Shown: positions 10,630-23,164 of the stretch, piece after piece
Numbering within the stretch: position 1 is the stretch's first letter
Layout of the letters: each line of letters begins with the position of its first letter
Assembly: GCA_003451595.1 (NCBI GenBank)
Contig: DMDA01000101.1
Location: 67,531-131,530 of the forward strand
Origin: Chloroflexota bacterium
GTDB lineage: Bacteria; Chloroflexota; Anaerolineae; Caldilineales; Caldilineaceae
Direction of reading: 5' to 3'
Length of the DNA: 64,000 bases
Translations under genes and position numbers: made by a program
Notes under the pieces: model-generated
Told to the model about the DNA's origin: nothing
The model's input: only the letters and a program-made list of their open reading frames with translations
The model's database searches: none

Positions 10630-11818
10630 CACGACGGCCACGCCGCCCTCTCAACCCAACCCGGCGCCCATGCTCATCAAGGGGAGTTGGGAAGAAAAAC
10701 TGACGCATGGACAGAAGCTGATCGCTGCACAGAAGGACGAAGCGATCCCGCTGCTGCAGCAGATCATTGATCGCCTGGCGCAACTGCCCGTAGCGCAACG
10801 CCACGCTGCCAATCGGCGACTCGATCGCATCCTCTTTCAGGCAATCACCGATCTGGTCTTTTACCAGTGCTATCGCGACCAGTACGACGCAGCGCTGGCG
10901 AATACGACGCTGGCGGCGCAATTGGCGCCGCCAGATCAGGCGCGCATTTGGGAGCAACATAGCGCTGCCATCCTGCTGCAGGCTGGCGAGATAGAGGCCG
11001 CCTTTGCCCGGCTCGAAAACATTGCACGCGCCGGCGACCTGGCGCAGTGGCATGATCTCATTATGCACGCGCTGCGCCACACCCGGCTCGACGTCGCCGA
11101 GCGCGCCCTGCTTGAGGCAGAACACGTTGTCAATCGCATCGACGCCGGCCAGGATGAAGCCGCCGTGCGCCAGGCACGCGGCCAGCTGGCGTATCTGAAG
11201 GCGCACGTAGCGCTGGCGCAAGATAGGCTCGACGAAGCCCTGGCATGGGCAGAGTTTGCGATGACGACCAGCGACTTGTTCGGCAAGAACCCCGGCTTCT
11301 TCTACGTCCAGCTTGTGGACAAAGGCCACTACGACGCCGCGCTCAAACTGATTCGCCGTGACCAACACAACCCCATCCGCGCCAGCTTCTGGGGCGGACT
11401 GGCAGCCTATCGACGCGGCGAGCACGCACAGGCCGCAGCACAGTGGCGTCAGACGTTGCACACAGCACTGCCTGAAGAAGGACCGGTCGATTTTCTGGAA
11501 TTGGTCATGGCGCATTACTACCTGGGCGACAAAGAAGGACGCGGGCTTGCGATTGTGCTCGACGACCTGCGCCGCGAACAGACAGCGGCCTTTGGACAGC
11601 TGTTTCTGGCCGGGCTGGGCTGGGCGCTGCGCAACGACCGCACCGCCGCCCACGCCAACTTCCGCCTGGCTGTGATGCGCAGCAAATCCACCGCCAGCGG
11701 ACGGCTCCTGCCCCGCTTCTGGTGGGCATTCTGCACCGATCTACTATCTGCAACGACACAGGAAGAATATGCCCGTTATTTCGACACTGGCGCAACCCAC
11801 ACTCTCCCCCATGCGTAA
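10622..11818 (+). CDS. Hypothetical helical-repeat (TPR-like) protein
   Basis: Codon-consistent ORF overlapping the vWA gene stop by 8 nt. The sequence is Ala/Leu-rich and looks like helical repeats. No specific family recognised. Confidence 0.45.
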
Positions 11819-12629
11819 CCAACACAAATTCAGTGGCAAATTGGAGGCGTCTGAGCAAGCAGAATTGCTCGCTTTTGCCCACCGCCTGGCAGAGGTGAGC
11901 GCAGCCGTGATCCGCCCCTATTTCCGCAATAGTCTGCAGGTGGAACTCAAAGCAGACGAGTCCCCGGTGACAGCAGCCGACCGCAACGCCGAGCTGGCCA
12001 TGCGCACCTTGATTGCACAGGTCTATCCAGAGCACGGCGTGCTGGGGGAGGAATACGGCAGCTATCAGCCCGACGCGCTTTACCGCTGGGTGCTCGACCC
12101 GATCGACGGCACCAAAGCCTTCATCACCGGCACCTATCTTTTTGGCACACTGATTGCGCTGGTCAAAGCAGGACGGCCAGTGCTGGGGGTGATCAACAAC
12201 CCGATCGTCGGCGATTATCTGGTAGGCGTACACGATGGCGCCTGGCTCAACGGTGCTTCGGTGCATGTTAGCGCGTGCAGTCGTCCTGAAGACGCCGTCA
12301 TGCTGTGCACAGACCATTGGAACGTTTTCAACTATCAGAACGGCGCCGCCTTCGAGCAGCTCTCCCGACGCGTCAAGCGCTATCACAACTGGGGCGACTG
12401 TCACGGCTATCACCTGGTGGCGACAGGCGGCGCCCACATGATGATGGATCCGATCATGAACGAATGGGACTTGATGGCGCTGATCCCGATCATCGAGGGC
12501 GCAGGCGGGCGCATCACAGACTGGCAAGGCAAGGACCCGGTCGGCGGCGCCAGCGCTGTCGCCACGAATGGCGAATTGCATGACGCCGTGATCGCAGCGT
12601 TGAATCCCGTTGCAACATCGGGGGATTGA
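11811..12629 (+). CDS. Inositol monophosphatase family protein (IMPase/HisN-like)
   Basis: Motif WVLDPIDGTKAFITG, and WDLMALIPIIEGAGG near the C-terminus. ATG 11811 overlaps the previous stop. Confidence 0.8.
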   Translation: MRNQHKFSGKLEASEQAELLAFAHRLAEVSAAVIRPYFRNSLQVELKADESPVTAADRNAELAMRTLIAQVYPEHGVLGEEYGSYQPDALYRWVLDPIDGTKAFITGTYLFGTLIALVKAGRPVLGVINNPIVGDYLVGVHDGAWLNGASVHVSACSRPEDAVMLCTDHWNVFNYQNGAAFEQLSRRVKRYHNWGDCHGYHLVATGGAHMMMDPIMNEWDLMALIPIIEGAGGRITDWQGKDPVGGASAVATNGELHDAVIAALNPVATSGD

Positions 12630-12668
12630 GAGATGCGGGGATTGAGAGATGCGGGGATTGAGAGATGC
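12621..12668. repeat. Perfect 3 x 16 bp tandem repeat (ggggattgagagatgc)
   Basis: Copies at 12621-12636, 12637-12652 and 12653-12668 are identical. The first copy contains the IMPase stop codon. Each copy carries an ATG, in three different frames. Confidence 0.9.
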
Positions 12669-12678
12669 GGAGAGTGAT

Positions 12679-13677
12679 ATGAACACGATGTTTGATGCGC
12701 TGTGGGTGGAAGAGCAAGCTGACGGGACATTTCGCCGCACGATTGTGCAGCGCAGCGTTGATGATCTGCCGCCCGGAGACCTGTTGATCCGCGTCGCCTA
12801 CTCCTCGCTCAACTACAAGGATGCACTCTCGGCGAGCGGCAATCGGGGCGTCACCCGTCGCTATCCGCACACGCCCGGCATCGATGCGGCGGGCGTAGTG
12901 GTTGCCAGCACCGTCGCCGATTTCCGGCCCGGCGACGAAGTGATCGTGATCGGCTACGACCTGGGCATGAACACGCCCGGCGGCTTTGGCGGCTACATTC
13001 GCGTGCCGGCGCAATGGGCGGTGCTGCGTCCCCCCGGACTGACACTGCGCGAGAGCATGGCGCTGGGCACCGCTGGTTTCACCGCCGCACAGTGCGTCGA
13101 TGCGCTGCTGCAACACGGCGTCAACAGCGGCGAGGTGCTGGTGACAGGCGCCACAGGCGGCGTCGGCAGCATCGCTGTAACGCTGTTGAGCCAGTTGGGC
13201 ATGACGGTTGTCGCCGCCACTGGCAAGCCGGAAGAAAGCGACTACCTCCACGCCCTGGGCGCCCACACCGTCATCACCCGCGCCGAAGTTGAAGATGCTT
13301 CGGGCAAGCCGCTACTGCGTGAACGCTGGGCGGGCGTCGTCGATACCGTCGGCGGCAGCATCCTGGCGACGGCGATCAGGGCGACGCGCTATGACGGTGC
13401 GGTGGCGGCGTGCGGCAATGTCGCCTCGCCGGCGCTGGAACTAACCGTCTATCCCTTCATCCTGCGCGGGGTCAAACTGCTTGGCATCGATTCGGTGAAT
13501 GTCTCCATCGCCACGCGCCGGACGCTGTGGACGCGGCTGGCCGATGCCTGGAAGCCTGCCAGGTTGGAGCAACTGGCACGCGAAGTGGCGCTCCCCAACC
13601 TGAACGCCGAGATTGACGCCATTTTGCTCGGCCAGCAACGCGGGCGCGTGATCGTGGCGCACACCCACAACTATTGA
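12679..13677 (+). CDS. YhdH/AcuI-type NADPH:quinone (acrylyl-CoA) oxidoreductase, MDR family
   Basis: MFDALWVEE...DLLIRVAYSSLNYKDALSASG is typical of the YhdH subgroup. The track start at 12649 lies in the tandem repeat; ATG 12679 is preferred. Confidence 0.8.
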   Translation: MNTMFDALWVEEQADGTFRRTIVQRSVDDLPPGDLLIRVAYSSLNYKDALSASGNRGVTRRYPHTPGIDAAGVVVASTVADFRPGDEVIVIGYDLGMNTPGGFGGYIRVPAQWAVLRPPGLTLRESMALGTAGFTAAQCVDALLQHGVNSGEVLVTGATGGVGSIAVTLLSQLGMTVVAATGKPEESDYLHALGAHTVITRAEVEDASGKPLLRERWAGVVDTVGGSILATAIRATRYDGAVAACGNVASPALELTVYPFILRGVKLLGIDSVNVSIATRRTLWTRLADAWKPARLEQLAREVALPNLNAEIDAILLGQQRGRVIVAHTHNY

Positions 13678-13694
13678 TTTCTAGGTTGTAACGT

Positions 13695-13860
13695 CACCCC
13701 GAACGTGAAGTAGCCCCCTCCCTGGGTGTACTTCAAGTTTGGGGCGCCTATCGTAGGTCATCGCCTCCGGCGTGACGGGTTGCCATGTCACGCCGGAGGC
13801 GATGACCTACGCAGCGAAATCTTGCCCCCAATGTGAAGTAGTCCCCCCTCCCTCAGTGTG
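13695..13860. repeat. Composite intergenic element: perfect 25-bp inverted repeat flanked by about 35-bp direct repeats
   Basis: cgtaggtcatcgcctccggcgtgac (13752-13776) pairs with gtcacgccggaggcgatgacctacg (13787-13811) around a 10-nt loop. The flanks are ccccgaacgtgaagtagccccctccct (about 13697-13723) and cccccaatgtgaagtagtcccccctccct (about 13825-13853). Confidence 0.75.
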
Positions 13861-13890
13861 TTGACAAGCGCGCCGCCGCGCTGTTATACT
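13861..13890 (+). promoter_or_regulatory. Near-consensus sigma-70 promoter TTGACA-N18-TATACT upstream of the IclR gene
   Basis: ttgaca at 13861-13866 and tatact at 13885-13890, 45 nt upstream of the ATG. Confidence 0.6.
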
Positions 13891-13935
13891 CTTTTCGTCC
13901 GTCATATTGAAAGCTGTTCACATCCATAAACATCC

Positions 13936-14715
13936 ATGAGTCAAACCGGACAATCCGAAGGCGTGAAATCGGCGGTGCGCGTACTCGACATCTTCGAGCT
14001 ACTGGCGCGCCACCCCGATGGCCTGAGTTTGTCAGAGATTGCCACTGCGCTCGCCATGCCGAAGAGCAGTGCACATGGACTGTTAAGCACCTTACTCAGG
14101 CGGGGGTATCTGCGTCCAGGGCGGCGCGACCGCACCTATCGACTGGGCGCGCGGCTCTTCGAGTTGGGCAGCAGCTATTTGGCCGGCGCAGACCTGTTGA
14201 CGGAAGGACAAGAAGTGGTGCGAGAGACGGCGCACGCCTGCGACGAAACAGTCCATCTAGCCATTCTGGATGGCAATGAGGTGCTCTATATTGCCAAAGA
14301 GGAAGGCACGAACACAGTGCGTATGGTCTCGGCTGTGGGCAAGCGCTTTCCTGCCTATGGCACCGGCGTCGGGAAGATGTTGCTGTCCGCTCTCCCGGTG
14401 GAGGAGCTAGACCGCCTTTACCCGGTCGACAAGCCGCTCACACCAATTACCGACCGCACCATTACCGATCCGGTTGCGTTTCGCCACGAGTTAGCCGAAA
14501 CGCAACGTCGGGGCTACGCCACCGACTACGAAGAATCCACGCCGGGGTTGTGTTGCATTGCTGCTCCCGTGTTTAACAGCGACGGCGTGATCGCTGCCGC
14601 AATTAGCGTCTCTGTCCCTACTGTACGATTCACCGCCGAGCGCCAGAATGAGCTGCGAATGCTGGTGCAACAAAGCGCCGAACGGCTCTCACGCGTTCTC
14701 GGCTATCATCCGTGA
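13936..14715 (+). CDS. IclR-family transcriptional regulator
   Basis: Winged HTH ([38 protein letters not shown]) plus a C-terminal IclR effector domain. Confidence 0.85.
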   Translation: MSQTGQSEGVKSAVRVLDIFELLARHPDGLSLSEIATALAMPKSSAHGLLSTLLRRGYLRPGRRDRTYRLGARLFELGSSYLAGADLLTEGQEVVRETAHACDETVHLAILDGNEVLYIAKEEGTNTVRMVSAVGKRFPAYGTGVGKMLLSALPVEELDRLYPVDKPLTPITDRTITDPVAFRHELAETQRRGYATDYEESTPGLCCIAAPVFNSDGVIAAAISVSVPTVRFTAERQNELRMLVQQSAERLSRVLGYHP

Positions 14716-14722
14716 GCATCCT

Positions 14723-15835
14723 ATGAAGATCACCGCTGTCGAAGCCATCTGGCTGCAATTGCCGGTCGTGGATGAACGCTGCGACGGCACCCAGGACACA
14801 CTGGTCGTGCGCGTGCACACCGACGCCGGCATCACCGGTATTGGCGAGGTCGATTCGTCGCCGATGGTGGCAAAGGCGATCATCGAGGCGCCGCTCTCGC
14901 ATGCCATTGCACGCGGGCTGCGGCAGTGCGTCGTCGGGCAAAACCCGCTCGACATCGCCGTGCTCTGGGAACGCATGTATCAAGGCACGATCTTCTTTGG
15001 CCGCGGCGGCGCAGCGCAGCAGGCAATCAGCGGCATCGACATGGCATTGTGGGACATCATGGGCAAGGCGCTGGGGGCGCCGGTCTACCAGTTGTTGGGC
15101 GGCGCGTTTCACACGAAGCTGCGCGCCTACGCCTCCAACCTTTTTGGCGACACGCCCGAAGCCACCTACGAACAGGCGCGGCGGTTGGTTGACCAGGGCT
15201 TCAGCGCCGTCAAGTTTGGCTGGGGTCCGATGGGGCAGAGCGAGCAGCTTGACCTGGCGCTGGTCAAGGCGGCGCGCGCCGGGCTGGGCGAGACGGTCGA
15301 TCTGATGATCGATGCCGGTCTCTGTTACGATGCCAGCACCGCCATTCGCCGCGCCCATCAGTTTGCAGAGTATCGCCCGTTCTGGCTGGAGGAGCCGCTG
15401 CACCCCGACGACCTGGAGGGCTACGCGCGCCTGGTGCAGGCGTCGCCGCTGCGCATTGCTGCCGGTGAACAAGAGACGACGATCCAGGGCTTCCAGGCAC
15501 TGCTCGACGCTGGTCTCGATGTGCTACAGCCCGATGTAGCACGCGTCGGCGGCATCAGTCGCGCCATCGAAATCGGTCGCCTCACCGCGCAGCGACGGCG
15601 GCTGTGCGTCAACCACTCCTACAAAACTGGCATCAGCATTGCAGCGTCGTTGCACTTCCTGGCGGCGCTGCCCAACGCGGCGCTGCTCGAATACTGCGTC
15701 GAACAATCGGCGCTGCGCCAGACCTTGACGCGCCAGCGCTTCCCTGTGGTGGATGGCTACGTCACGGCGCCGCAGGAGCCAGGGCTGGGCGTCGATTTGG
15801 ACGAGGAAGTCGTAAACCGTTATCGGGTGGCGTGA
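14723..15835 (+). CDS. Enolase-superfamily enzyme (mandelate racemase/muconate lactonizing family; probable sugar-acid dehydratase)
   Basis: [11 protein letters not shown]..., ITGIGEV and [11 protein letters not shown] are typical of the MR/MLE family. ATG 14723 is preferred over the track start at 14648, which overlaps the IclR gene. Confidence 0.8.
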   Translation: MKITAVEAIWLQLPVVDERCDGTQDTLVVRVHTDAGITGIGEVDSSPMVAKAIIEAPLSHAIARGLRQCVVGQNPLDIAVLWERMYQGTIFFGRGGAAQQAISGIDMALWDIMGKALGAPVYQLLGGAFHTKLRAYASNLFGDTPEATYEQARRLVDQGFSAVKFGWGPMGQSEQLDLALVKAARAGLGETVDLMIDAGLCYDASTAIRRAHQFAEYRPFWLEEPLHPDDLEGYARLVQASPLRIAAGEQETTIQGFQALLDAGLDVLQPDVARVGGISRAIEIGRLTAQRRRLCVNHSYKTGISIAASLHFLAALPNAALLEYCVEQSALRQTLTRQRFPVVDGYVTAPQEPGLGVDLDEEVVNRYRVA

Positions 15836-15893
15836 GGGGCGAGTTGCGAGGGCGGCGGTGTTGTGCAAAAAAGCATAGAGGAGCGTAGAGGCG

Positions 15894-16955
15894 ATGAGCG
15901 TCCATACACACTTACCTGACATCATGCAGGCGTTGGTTTGGACGGCGCCGGAAACGATGGAGATGCAGACAAGGTCGTTGCCCGTTCCTGGCGAGAATGA
16001 AGTGCTGCTCGAAGTGGCGGCGGTCGGCGTCTGCGGTTCGGAATTGAGCGGTTATCTCGGTCACAACAGCCTGCGCGTGCCGCCGCTGATCATGGGACAC
16101 GAGTTCAGCGCGCGCATTGTGAAGGTGGGTGGCGGCGAATTGGCGAACGGTGCAGCGCCGGCTGTGGGGCAGCGCGTGGTGGTCAACCCGCTGGTGGCGT
16201 GCGGCGCATGTGTGTCGTGCGCGGCAGGTCTGCCCAACCTCTGTCTGCGCCGCCAGGTGATCGGTGCGCACCGGGCAGGTGCGTTTGCGCGCTATGTCGC
16301 TGTGCCCACTGCCCAGTGCTGGCTGTTGTCAGAGCATTTGAGCGACGCAGCGGGCGCGCTGGTTGAGCCGCTGGCGTGCGCCGTGCGTGCGGTGCGCCAC
16401 GCGCAATGGCTGGGCGCGGAGCCGTTGCTGATCCTTGGCGCCGGTGCAATTGGTCTCTGCTGTCTAGCCGTGGCGCGGGCGCAGTCGTCCGGCGCCATCG
16501 TGATCACGGACCGGGTGGCGGAACGGCTGCGGCTGGGTGTGGCGTGGGGCGCAACCGTCGCCATCGATGGCGGTGCAGCCGATGCGCAGGCGCACCTGCG
16601 CGCAGCATTGCCACATGGCGCCATCGCCGTGATCGACGCCGTCGGCGCAGACATCACGCGCGCACTGGCGCTGAGCCTGGTGCGCCCTGGCGGGCGCATC
16701 GTCTACATCGGCTTACACAACGAAACCTCGCCGCTGGCAGCTAACTATCTGGTGCGGCAGGAAGTGGCGATTCAAGGCAGCTTTGCCTACACACCGGATG
16801 ACTTTGCATACGCCATCAAGCTGTTGGAACAGGGCGTGGTGCGCCCATCGCCCGATTGGGTGGAACATCGCCCGTTGCACGACGGCGCCGCCGCCTTCGC
16901 CGGTCTGATCAACGGCGAGATCACCATCCCCAAAATCATGCTGCGGCCGGCGTGA
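15894..16955 (+). CDS. Zn-dependent alcohol dehydrogenase (MDR, threonine/sorbitol dehydrogenase-like)
   Basis: Motifs GVCGSELSG and GHEFSARIV, structural-Zn Cys cluster CGACVSC, and Rossmann motif GAGAIGL. Confidence 0.8.
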   Translation: MSVHTHLPDIMQALVWTAPETMEMQTRSLPVPGENEVLLEVAAVGVCGSELSGYLGHNSLRVPPLIMGHEFSARIVKVGGGELANGAAPAVGQRVVVNPLVACGACVSCAAGLPNLCLRRQVIGAHRAGAFARYVAVPTAQCWLLSEHLSDAAGALVEPLACAVRAVRHAQWLGAEPLLILGAGAIGLCCLAVARAQSSGAIVITDRVAERLRLGVAWGATVAIDGGAADAQAHLRAALPHGAIAVIDAVGADITRALALSLVRPGGRIVYIGLHNETSPLAANYLVRQEVAIQGSFAYTPDDFAYAIKLLEQGVVRPSPDWVEHRPLHDGAAAFAGLINGEITIPKIMLRPA

Positions 16956-16981
16956 CGCATGGACTTGTTGCGTGGTGCGCC

Positions 16982-17752
16982 CTAAAACGTGATCGACAGC
17001 CCGCCATCCACGACAATGCTCTGCCCGGTGATGTAGGTGCAGCGCGGCGACGCCAAAAAGCCGACAACTTCTGCGATCTCCTCCGGTTGCGCCGGGCGCG
17101 CCAGCGGGATGCGGCGGCGGCGCACATAGAACTCCTGGAAATCGGGCGTCTCGTGCTCGTTGACGCCATCGACAATCGCCATCGGCGTTTCGACAAAGCC
17201 GGGCGCCACGCTGTTGACCAGGATGCCATGCGGCGCCCACTCGACCGCCAGACAGCGGGTCAACTGATCGACCGCGCCTTTGGCGGAGTTATAGTGGCTG
17301 GAATTCGCCATCCCGAGAAAGGCATTGACGGACGAGATGTTGATGATGCGCCCGCCCTGCTTCTGCGCCGCCATCACTCGCCCGGCGGCTTGGCTACACA
17401 GAAACGTGCCGTGGTAGATGACCTCAACCGCACGCAGCCACGCGTCGAAAGGGGTGGACAGCGCGTCAGCATTGTAGAAAATGCCGGCATTGTTGACCAG
17501 AATGTCCAGCCGGCCAAAGCGCTCGACGGTTGCCGCCGTCATCGCCGCAGCGTCGCGGGTCACGTCCGCCGCAGTGAACGCCGCTTGCCCGCCGGCGCGG
17601 CTCAATGACGCGGCGGTAGTGGCGCCGTCGCTGTCTGGCAGGTCGGCAATCATCACCGCCGCGCCTGCGCGCACAAAGACCTCCGCCACCGCGCGCCCGA
17701 TGCCGCGCGCCGCGCCTGTCACCAATGCCACTTTGCCGCTCAAGTCACTCAC
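16982..17752 (-). CDS. Short-chain dehydrogenase/reductase (SDR)
   Basis: TGAARGIGRA cofactor motif and the catalytic YNSAK. Confidence 0.85.
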   Translation of the reverse strand: MSDLSGKVALVTGAARGIGRAVAEVFVRAGAAVMIADLPDSDGATTAASLSRAGGQAAFTAADVTRDAAAMTAATVERFGRLDILVNNAGIFYNADALSTPFDAWLRAVEVIYHGTFLCSQAAGRVMAAQKQGGRIINISSVNAFLGMANSSHYNSAKGAVDQLTRCLAVEWAPHGILVNSVAPGFVETPMAIVDGVNEHETPDFQEFYVRRRRIPLARPAQPEEIAEVVGFLASPRCTYITGQSIVVDGGLSITF

Positions 17753-17898
17753 GTTTTCTCGCCTCTCGTGATTCTTTCTTGGATAGTATTGAGTACGGTG
17801 ATGCCATCTGCAAGGGATGCTCGCACACGCAGGTGCGCATCGGTCGCAGTGTGCCGTTCACGACGGATATGGAAGGCAACTCCCCAGCCTCCAATCTC

Positions 17899-18846
17899 CT
17901 AATCTCCAATCTCTAGTCTCACCGTCGTCTCGATCTCCTCCCCCGCCGCCAGCCGGCTGGCGGCGCCCTGGGCGACCGCGTCTTCCAGCCGGTAGGGATA
18001 GCCGGTGCACGGCTCCAGGATCGTCACATAGTGGCCGCGCCAGCCGCCGTAGGCGCCGAAGACCCACACGCTGCGGAACACTGCCGGGTCGAAGTGTAGT
18101 TCGCAGCGATAGCCAGCCTGCGTATCGGTCAGCGCGCACCAGCCTGCGGCGAGGTCGGTGGCGTAGTAGAAATCGCAGGTTGCTGCGTCCGGGGCGGGCA
18201 CGACGCGCATATCCACGGGATCGCCCTGTGCGCTGCGGGCGTGGGGCCAGGAAAAAGGCTGTTTGTCCAGCCGGTCATTGAAAGCTGGCTCCGGCAGCAC
18301 GGCGCAGGCCGGCAGCTCAATGCGGGCGTGCGGGGAGATCGCCAGGGCGGGGTGCAGCTTCCACAGAAAATCGAGCGGCTGCGGCCCTGCGTTGTGAAGT
18401 CGATAGCGCAGCTCGACGCGCGCTTCGTCGCCGCGCACAGTGATCCAGCGCTCGACGCGGGTGTTGGTGACGATGCCGGCGCGCCAGAGATGCACTGTCA
18501 CTTCGTCGGCGCGCAGCGTGGCGATCTCCCAGGCGAAAGGCATCGCCCACCACTCGCCATGATCCGGGTAGAGATCGCCGGCAAAGCTCGTCGGCGCGTC
18601 GTTGGGGAAAAGTTCGTCCCAGCCGCCGCAGAACCAATCATCGTACGCCGCGCCGTAGAAAGCCGGGCGCGGCGCCATGCGTGGATTGTGCCAGAAGATT
18701 TCGCGGTCGATCGGCTTGTAGACCAGCGACCACAGCTTGCCGCCCAATTCAGGCAGGACGACCAGGCGCAAGTGACTGTTCTCGATGACCAGCGCCTGGA
18801 AGCCGTGATAGCGCCAGTTTGCGTCGATGCGTACAGGATTGCTCAT
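17899..18846 (-). CDS. Aldose-1-epimerase-like (mutarotase-fold) protein
   Basis: From MSNPVRIDANWRYHGFQALVIENSHLRLVVLPELGGKLW the sequence resembles mutarotase-like proteins found next to glycosidases. The ATG overlaps the GH36 stop as ATGA. The longer track ORF (to 19587) overlaps the GH36 gene and is rejected. Confidence 0.55.
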   Translation of the reverse strand: MSNPVRIDANWRYHGFQALVIENSHLRLVVLPELGGKLWSLVYKPIDREIFWHNPRMAPRPAFYGAAYDDWFCGGWDELFPNDAPTSFAGDLYPDHGEWWAMPFAWEIATLRADEVTVHLWRAGIVTNTRVERWITVRGDEARVELRYRLHNAGPQPLDFLWKLHPALAISPHARIELPACAVLPEPAFNDRLDKQPFSWPHARSAQGDPVDMRVVPAPDAATCDFYYATDLAAGWCALTDTQAGYRCELHFDPAVFRSVWVFGAYGGWRGHYVTILEPCTGYPYRLEDAVAQGAASRLAAGEEIETTVRLEIGD

Positions 18847-20996
18847 GCCTGCGCCTCTTTCTGCACGGTAAGCAAAAACAACGCCGACGTGCGCCCGCTC
18901 ACATCGGCGACAAACCCATCCTTCATCAGGCGCACGCCTGGCTCTTGCAAAGTTTGCTGCGTGTCCACGTCGGTTAGCGTGTAGATTTGCGCTGGTTGCA
19001 ACCCGCGCAGGTGCAGCCGCCGTGCGGCATCGCCATCCGCCGGGCGAAAAATCCAGATCGCGCCTTCGCCGGCGGCGGCGTCGATGACGGCATACGCCTC
19101 CCATTGCCCATGCAGCGCCAAATCCGGGCAGTGCAGTTCGGGTTGCGGGAGCAGATGATAGAAGCGTCCGCGCTGGAGCAGAGGGCGCAGCATTTTGTAC
19201 TGGGCGATGGTCGTCTGCACTACCTCGAATGCTGCGTCTGTCCAATCCGGCAGCCGCGCGGAGACGCCATACGCGCCGAACATGCGGCTGCGCGCAAGGG
19301 CAGCGAGGTCGGCGCGCGGGATGGTTGGATCGGTCAGCGGCTCGTCGTCGGCGTCCACGACCCAGGTGTTGCACAGCTCGGGCGGGAAGAGATAGGTTGC
19401 CCCAGCAAGGTGAAAGCGCACGCGGCGGCTGGGGGTCGATGCGTCGTGCAGCCAGGTGATGTGCGTATTGGCGAGCATGGCAAAGTCGCTGCGCACGCCG
19501 CCGCCCGCACAGTTTTCGACGATCAGGTGGGGAAAGCGCTGGCGCAACTCGGCAATTACGGCGTGGACACCCATCACCTGATGCCACTCGCCGTCAGTGA
19601 CGCTGTGACCATGGTCGGCGCAGGTGCAGACGCCCCACCAGTTGGAATCCCACTTGAGCCAGTCCGCCTGCACTGCGCTGACCAGATGGCTGATCCAGTC
19701 GAGCGCCCACGCCCGCACATCGGGATGACCAAAACAGAGCCAGCCGCTCACGGTGTCGGGCGGCCACGGCGGTGAGATGATGGCGTCGTGGTGGCGCGCC
19801 AGCCAGCGGTGATGCCACGTTGCCGGCTGGCGCAGGTCGACGCGCTCCGGCTCGACCCAGATGCCGAAGCGCATCCCCAGCGAACGCACGTAGTCGCCAA
19901 ACGCCGGAATGCCGCTGGGAAATTTCTCAGCGCTCGGCTGCCAGACGCCGAGACCGGTGGTGAAGTTGTCGCTGGTGCGACGGCTCGGCGCCCACCAGCC
20001 CGCATCGATCACGAAGACCTCGGCGCCCAGTTGCGCGGCAAGTTTCGCCTCCTGTCGCAGGATCGCCTCGTCGATGTCCACCAAGTGTGCAAACCAGGTG
20101 TTGTACTGCACCCACGGAAAGTCGGCGGGGCGGGGCAGCATCACCGCCGTGCGCATGTAGGCGTGCTGCACATGCGCCGCGTCGTCGAGATCGCCATGAT
20201 AGACGCCGAGGAAGCTGATCGGGCTGACCCAGCGCTGCCCGGCATCCAGCGGTGTGGCATAGCCATCGCTGAACAGATTCAGATTCACGTTGCCATCGGT
20301 TGCACGCGCTTCGGCTGACCAGCGTCCCGAATAGCGCAGACCCACGAACAGTCCGTCGCCGCCCTGATCTTCATCGAGCGCAAACCACGCGATCTCATGC
20401 CAGGTCGAGCGCAGCCCGGATTCAAGTCTCACTTCGCCAAGCGGTTCGTGGCGCACCTGAAAGGCGGGATAGAGGCCACGTTCCGGCATGCCAGCGCCAT
20501 GATTTTGCAGCCCGCGCACCCAGTGCAGCACCGGCGCCGTCGCGCCATCGATGCTGACGATGAGCGGCGCGACACGGCTGAGCACACCTGCGCGCAACGG
20601 CGTCACTTCCAGCCACTGTTCAAGCACGGCGGTGTCACTGCGCGCGCGGATCGCCAGGGTCACGTCAAGTGCGTCCGCCAGGCGCAGGTCAAGCTGGAGC
20701 GTGACAGAATGGGCGTCCGTTGCTGCGCGCACGCCTGATAACGCTGTCGCCTGGCGCGCCGATAACCTACTGTCGTTCCAGCACAGCACAAACTCACCGC
20801 CGACGCGCGCGTCGGCGTGCAAATCTGGTTGCCACACCTGCCCCGTGCTGCAATTTTCCAACGCCGCCAGATGTAGACCGTCGCCGTCGCGCCACGCTAA
20901 GGTTTTACAGACTTGGTCGTTGCCGATCCGCCACTGCGCAGCGAATGGGTCGGCGACCGCAAAGGCAGCGCCGCTTGCTGCAAGTGTCTGGGTCAT
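18843..20996 (-). CDS. GH36-family alpha-galactosidase-like glycoside hydrolase
   Basis: Motifs FVIDAGWW, ADWLKWDSNWW and VENCAGGG. RBS gagagga lies before ATG 20996. Confidence 0.75.
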   Translation of the reverse strand: MTQTLAASGAAFAVADPFAAQWRIGNDQVCKTLAWRDGDGLHLAALENCSTGQVWQPDLHADARVGGEFVLCWNDSRLSARQATALSGVRAATDAHSVTLQLDLRLADALDVTLAIRARSDTAVLEQWLEVTPLRAGVLSRVAPLIVSIDGATAPVLHWVRGLQNHGAGMPERGLYPAFQVRHEPLGEVRLESGLRSTWHEIAWFALDEDQGGDGLFVGLRYSGRWSAEARATDGNVNLNLFSDGYATPLDAGQRWVSPISFLGVYHGDLDDAAHVQHAYMRTAVMLPRPADFPWVQYNTWFAHLVDIDEAILRQEAKLAAQLGAEVFVIDAGWWAPSRRTSDNFTTGLGVWQPSAEKFPSGIPAFGDYVRSLGMRFGIWVEPERVDLRQPATWHHRWLARHHDAIISPPWPPDTVSGWLCFGHPDVRAWALDWISHLVSAVQADWLKWDSNWWGVCTCADHGHSVTDGEWHQVMGVHAVIAELRQRFPHLIVENCAGGGVRSDFAMLANTHITWLHDASTPSRRVRFHLAGATYLFPPELCNTWVVDADDEPLTDPTIPRADLAALARSRMFGAYGVSARLPDWTDAAFEVVQTTIAQYKMLRPLLQRGRFYHLLPQPELHCPDLALHGQWEAYAVIDAAAGEGAIWIFRPADGDAARRLHLRGLQPAQIYTLTDVDTQQTLQEPGVRLMKDGFVADVSGRTSALFLLTVQKEAQA

Positions 20997-21072
20997 GAAA
21001 GGTTCCTCTCTTTTGCGACGCACACGCCCTCAACGTGAAGGTCACTCTTCTAGGCGGTGTCTGTTGATTTCA

Positions 21073-23070
<1,998 letters not shown>

Positions 23071-23164
23071 AGAAGCGCACCCTATTCATGCTGAAGCGGT
23101 GGATAGGTTGATTGGGGCAGTAACTTAACCACAAAGCGCCGTCATCAGCAAGTTGAAATTTCGA

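Noticed and set aside
12621-12668. Possible CRISPR array
   Set aside because: The 16-bp units are directly adjacent with no spacers, there are only three copies, and no cas genes are present. It is a simple tandem repeat. The arrays at 949-1041 and 43802-43821 are also spacer-less.
13752-13811. Possible tRNA or other structured RNA gene in the long hairpin
   Set aside because: It is a single perfect 25-bp stem with a 10-nt loop. There is no cloverleaf, no conserved T-loop or anticodon features, and no promoter directly upstream. It is treated as a palindromic repeat or terminator.
18847-19587. N-terminal 246 codons of the 562-aa track ORF 17899-19587
   Set aside because: This part overlaps the 3' end of the GH36 gene in another frame and is Arg/Ala/Pro-rich. 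The mutarotase-like sequence begins at MSNPV (ATG 18846), which is ATGA-coupled to the GH36 stop.
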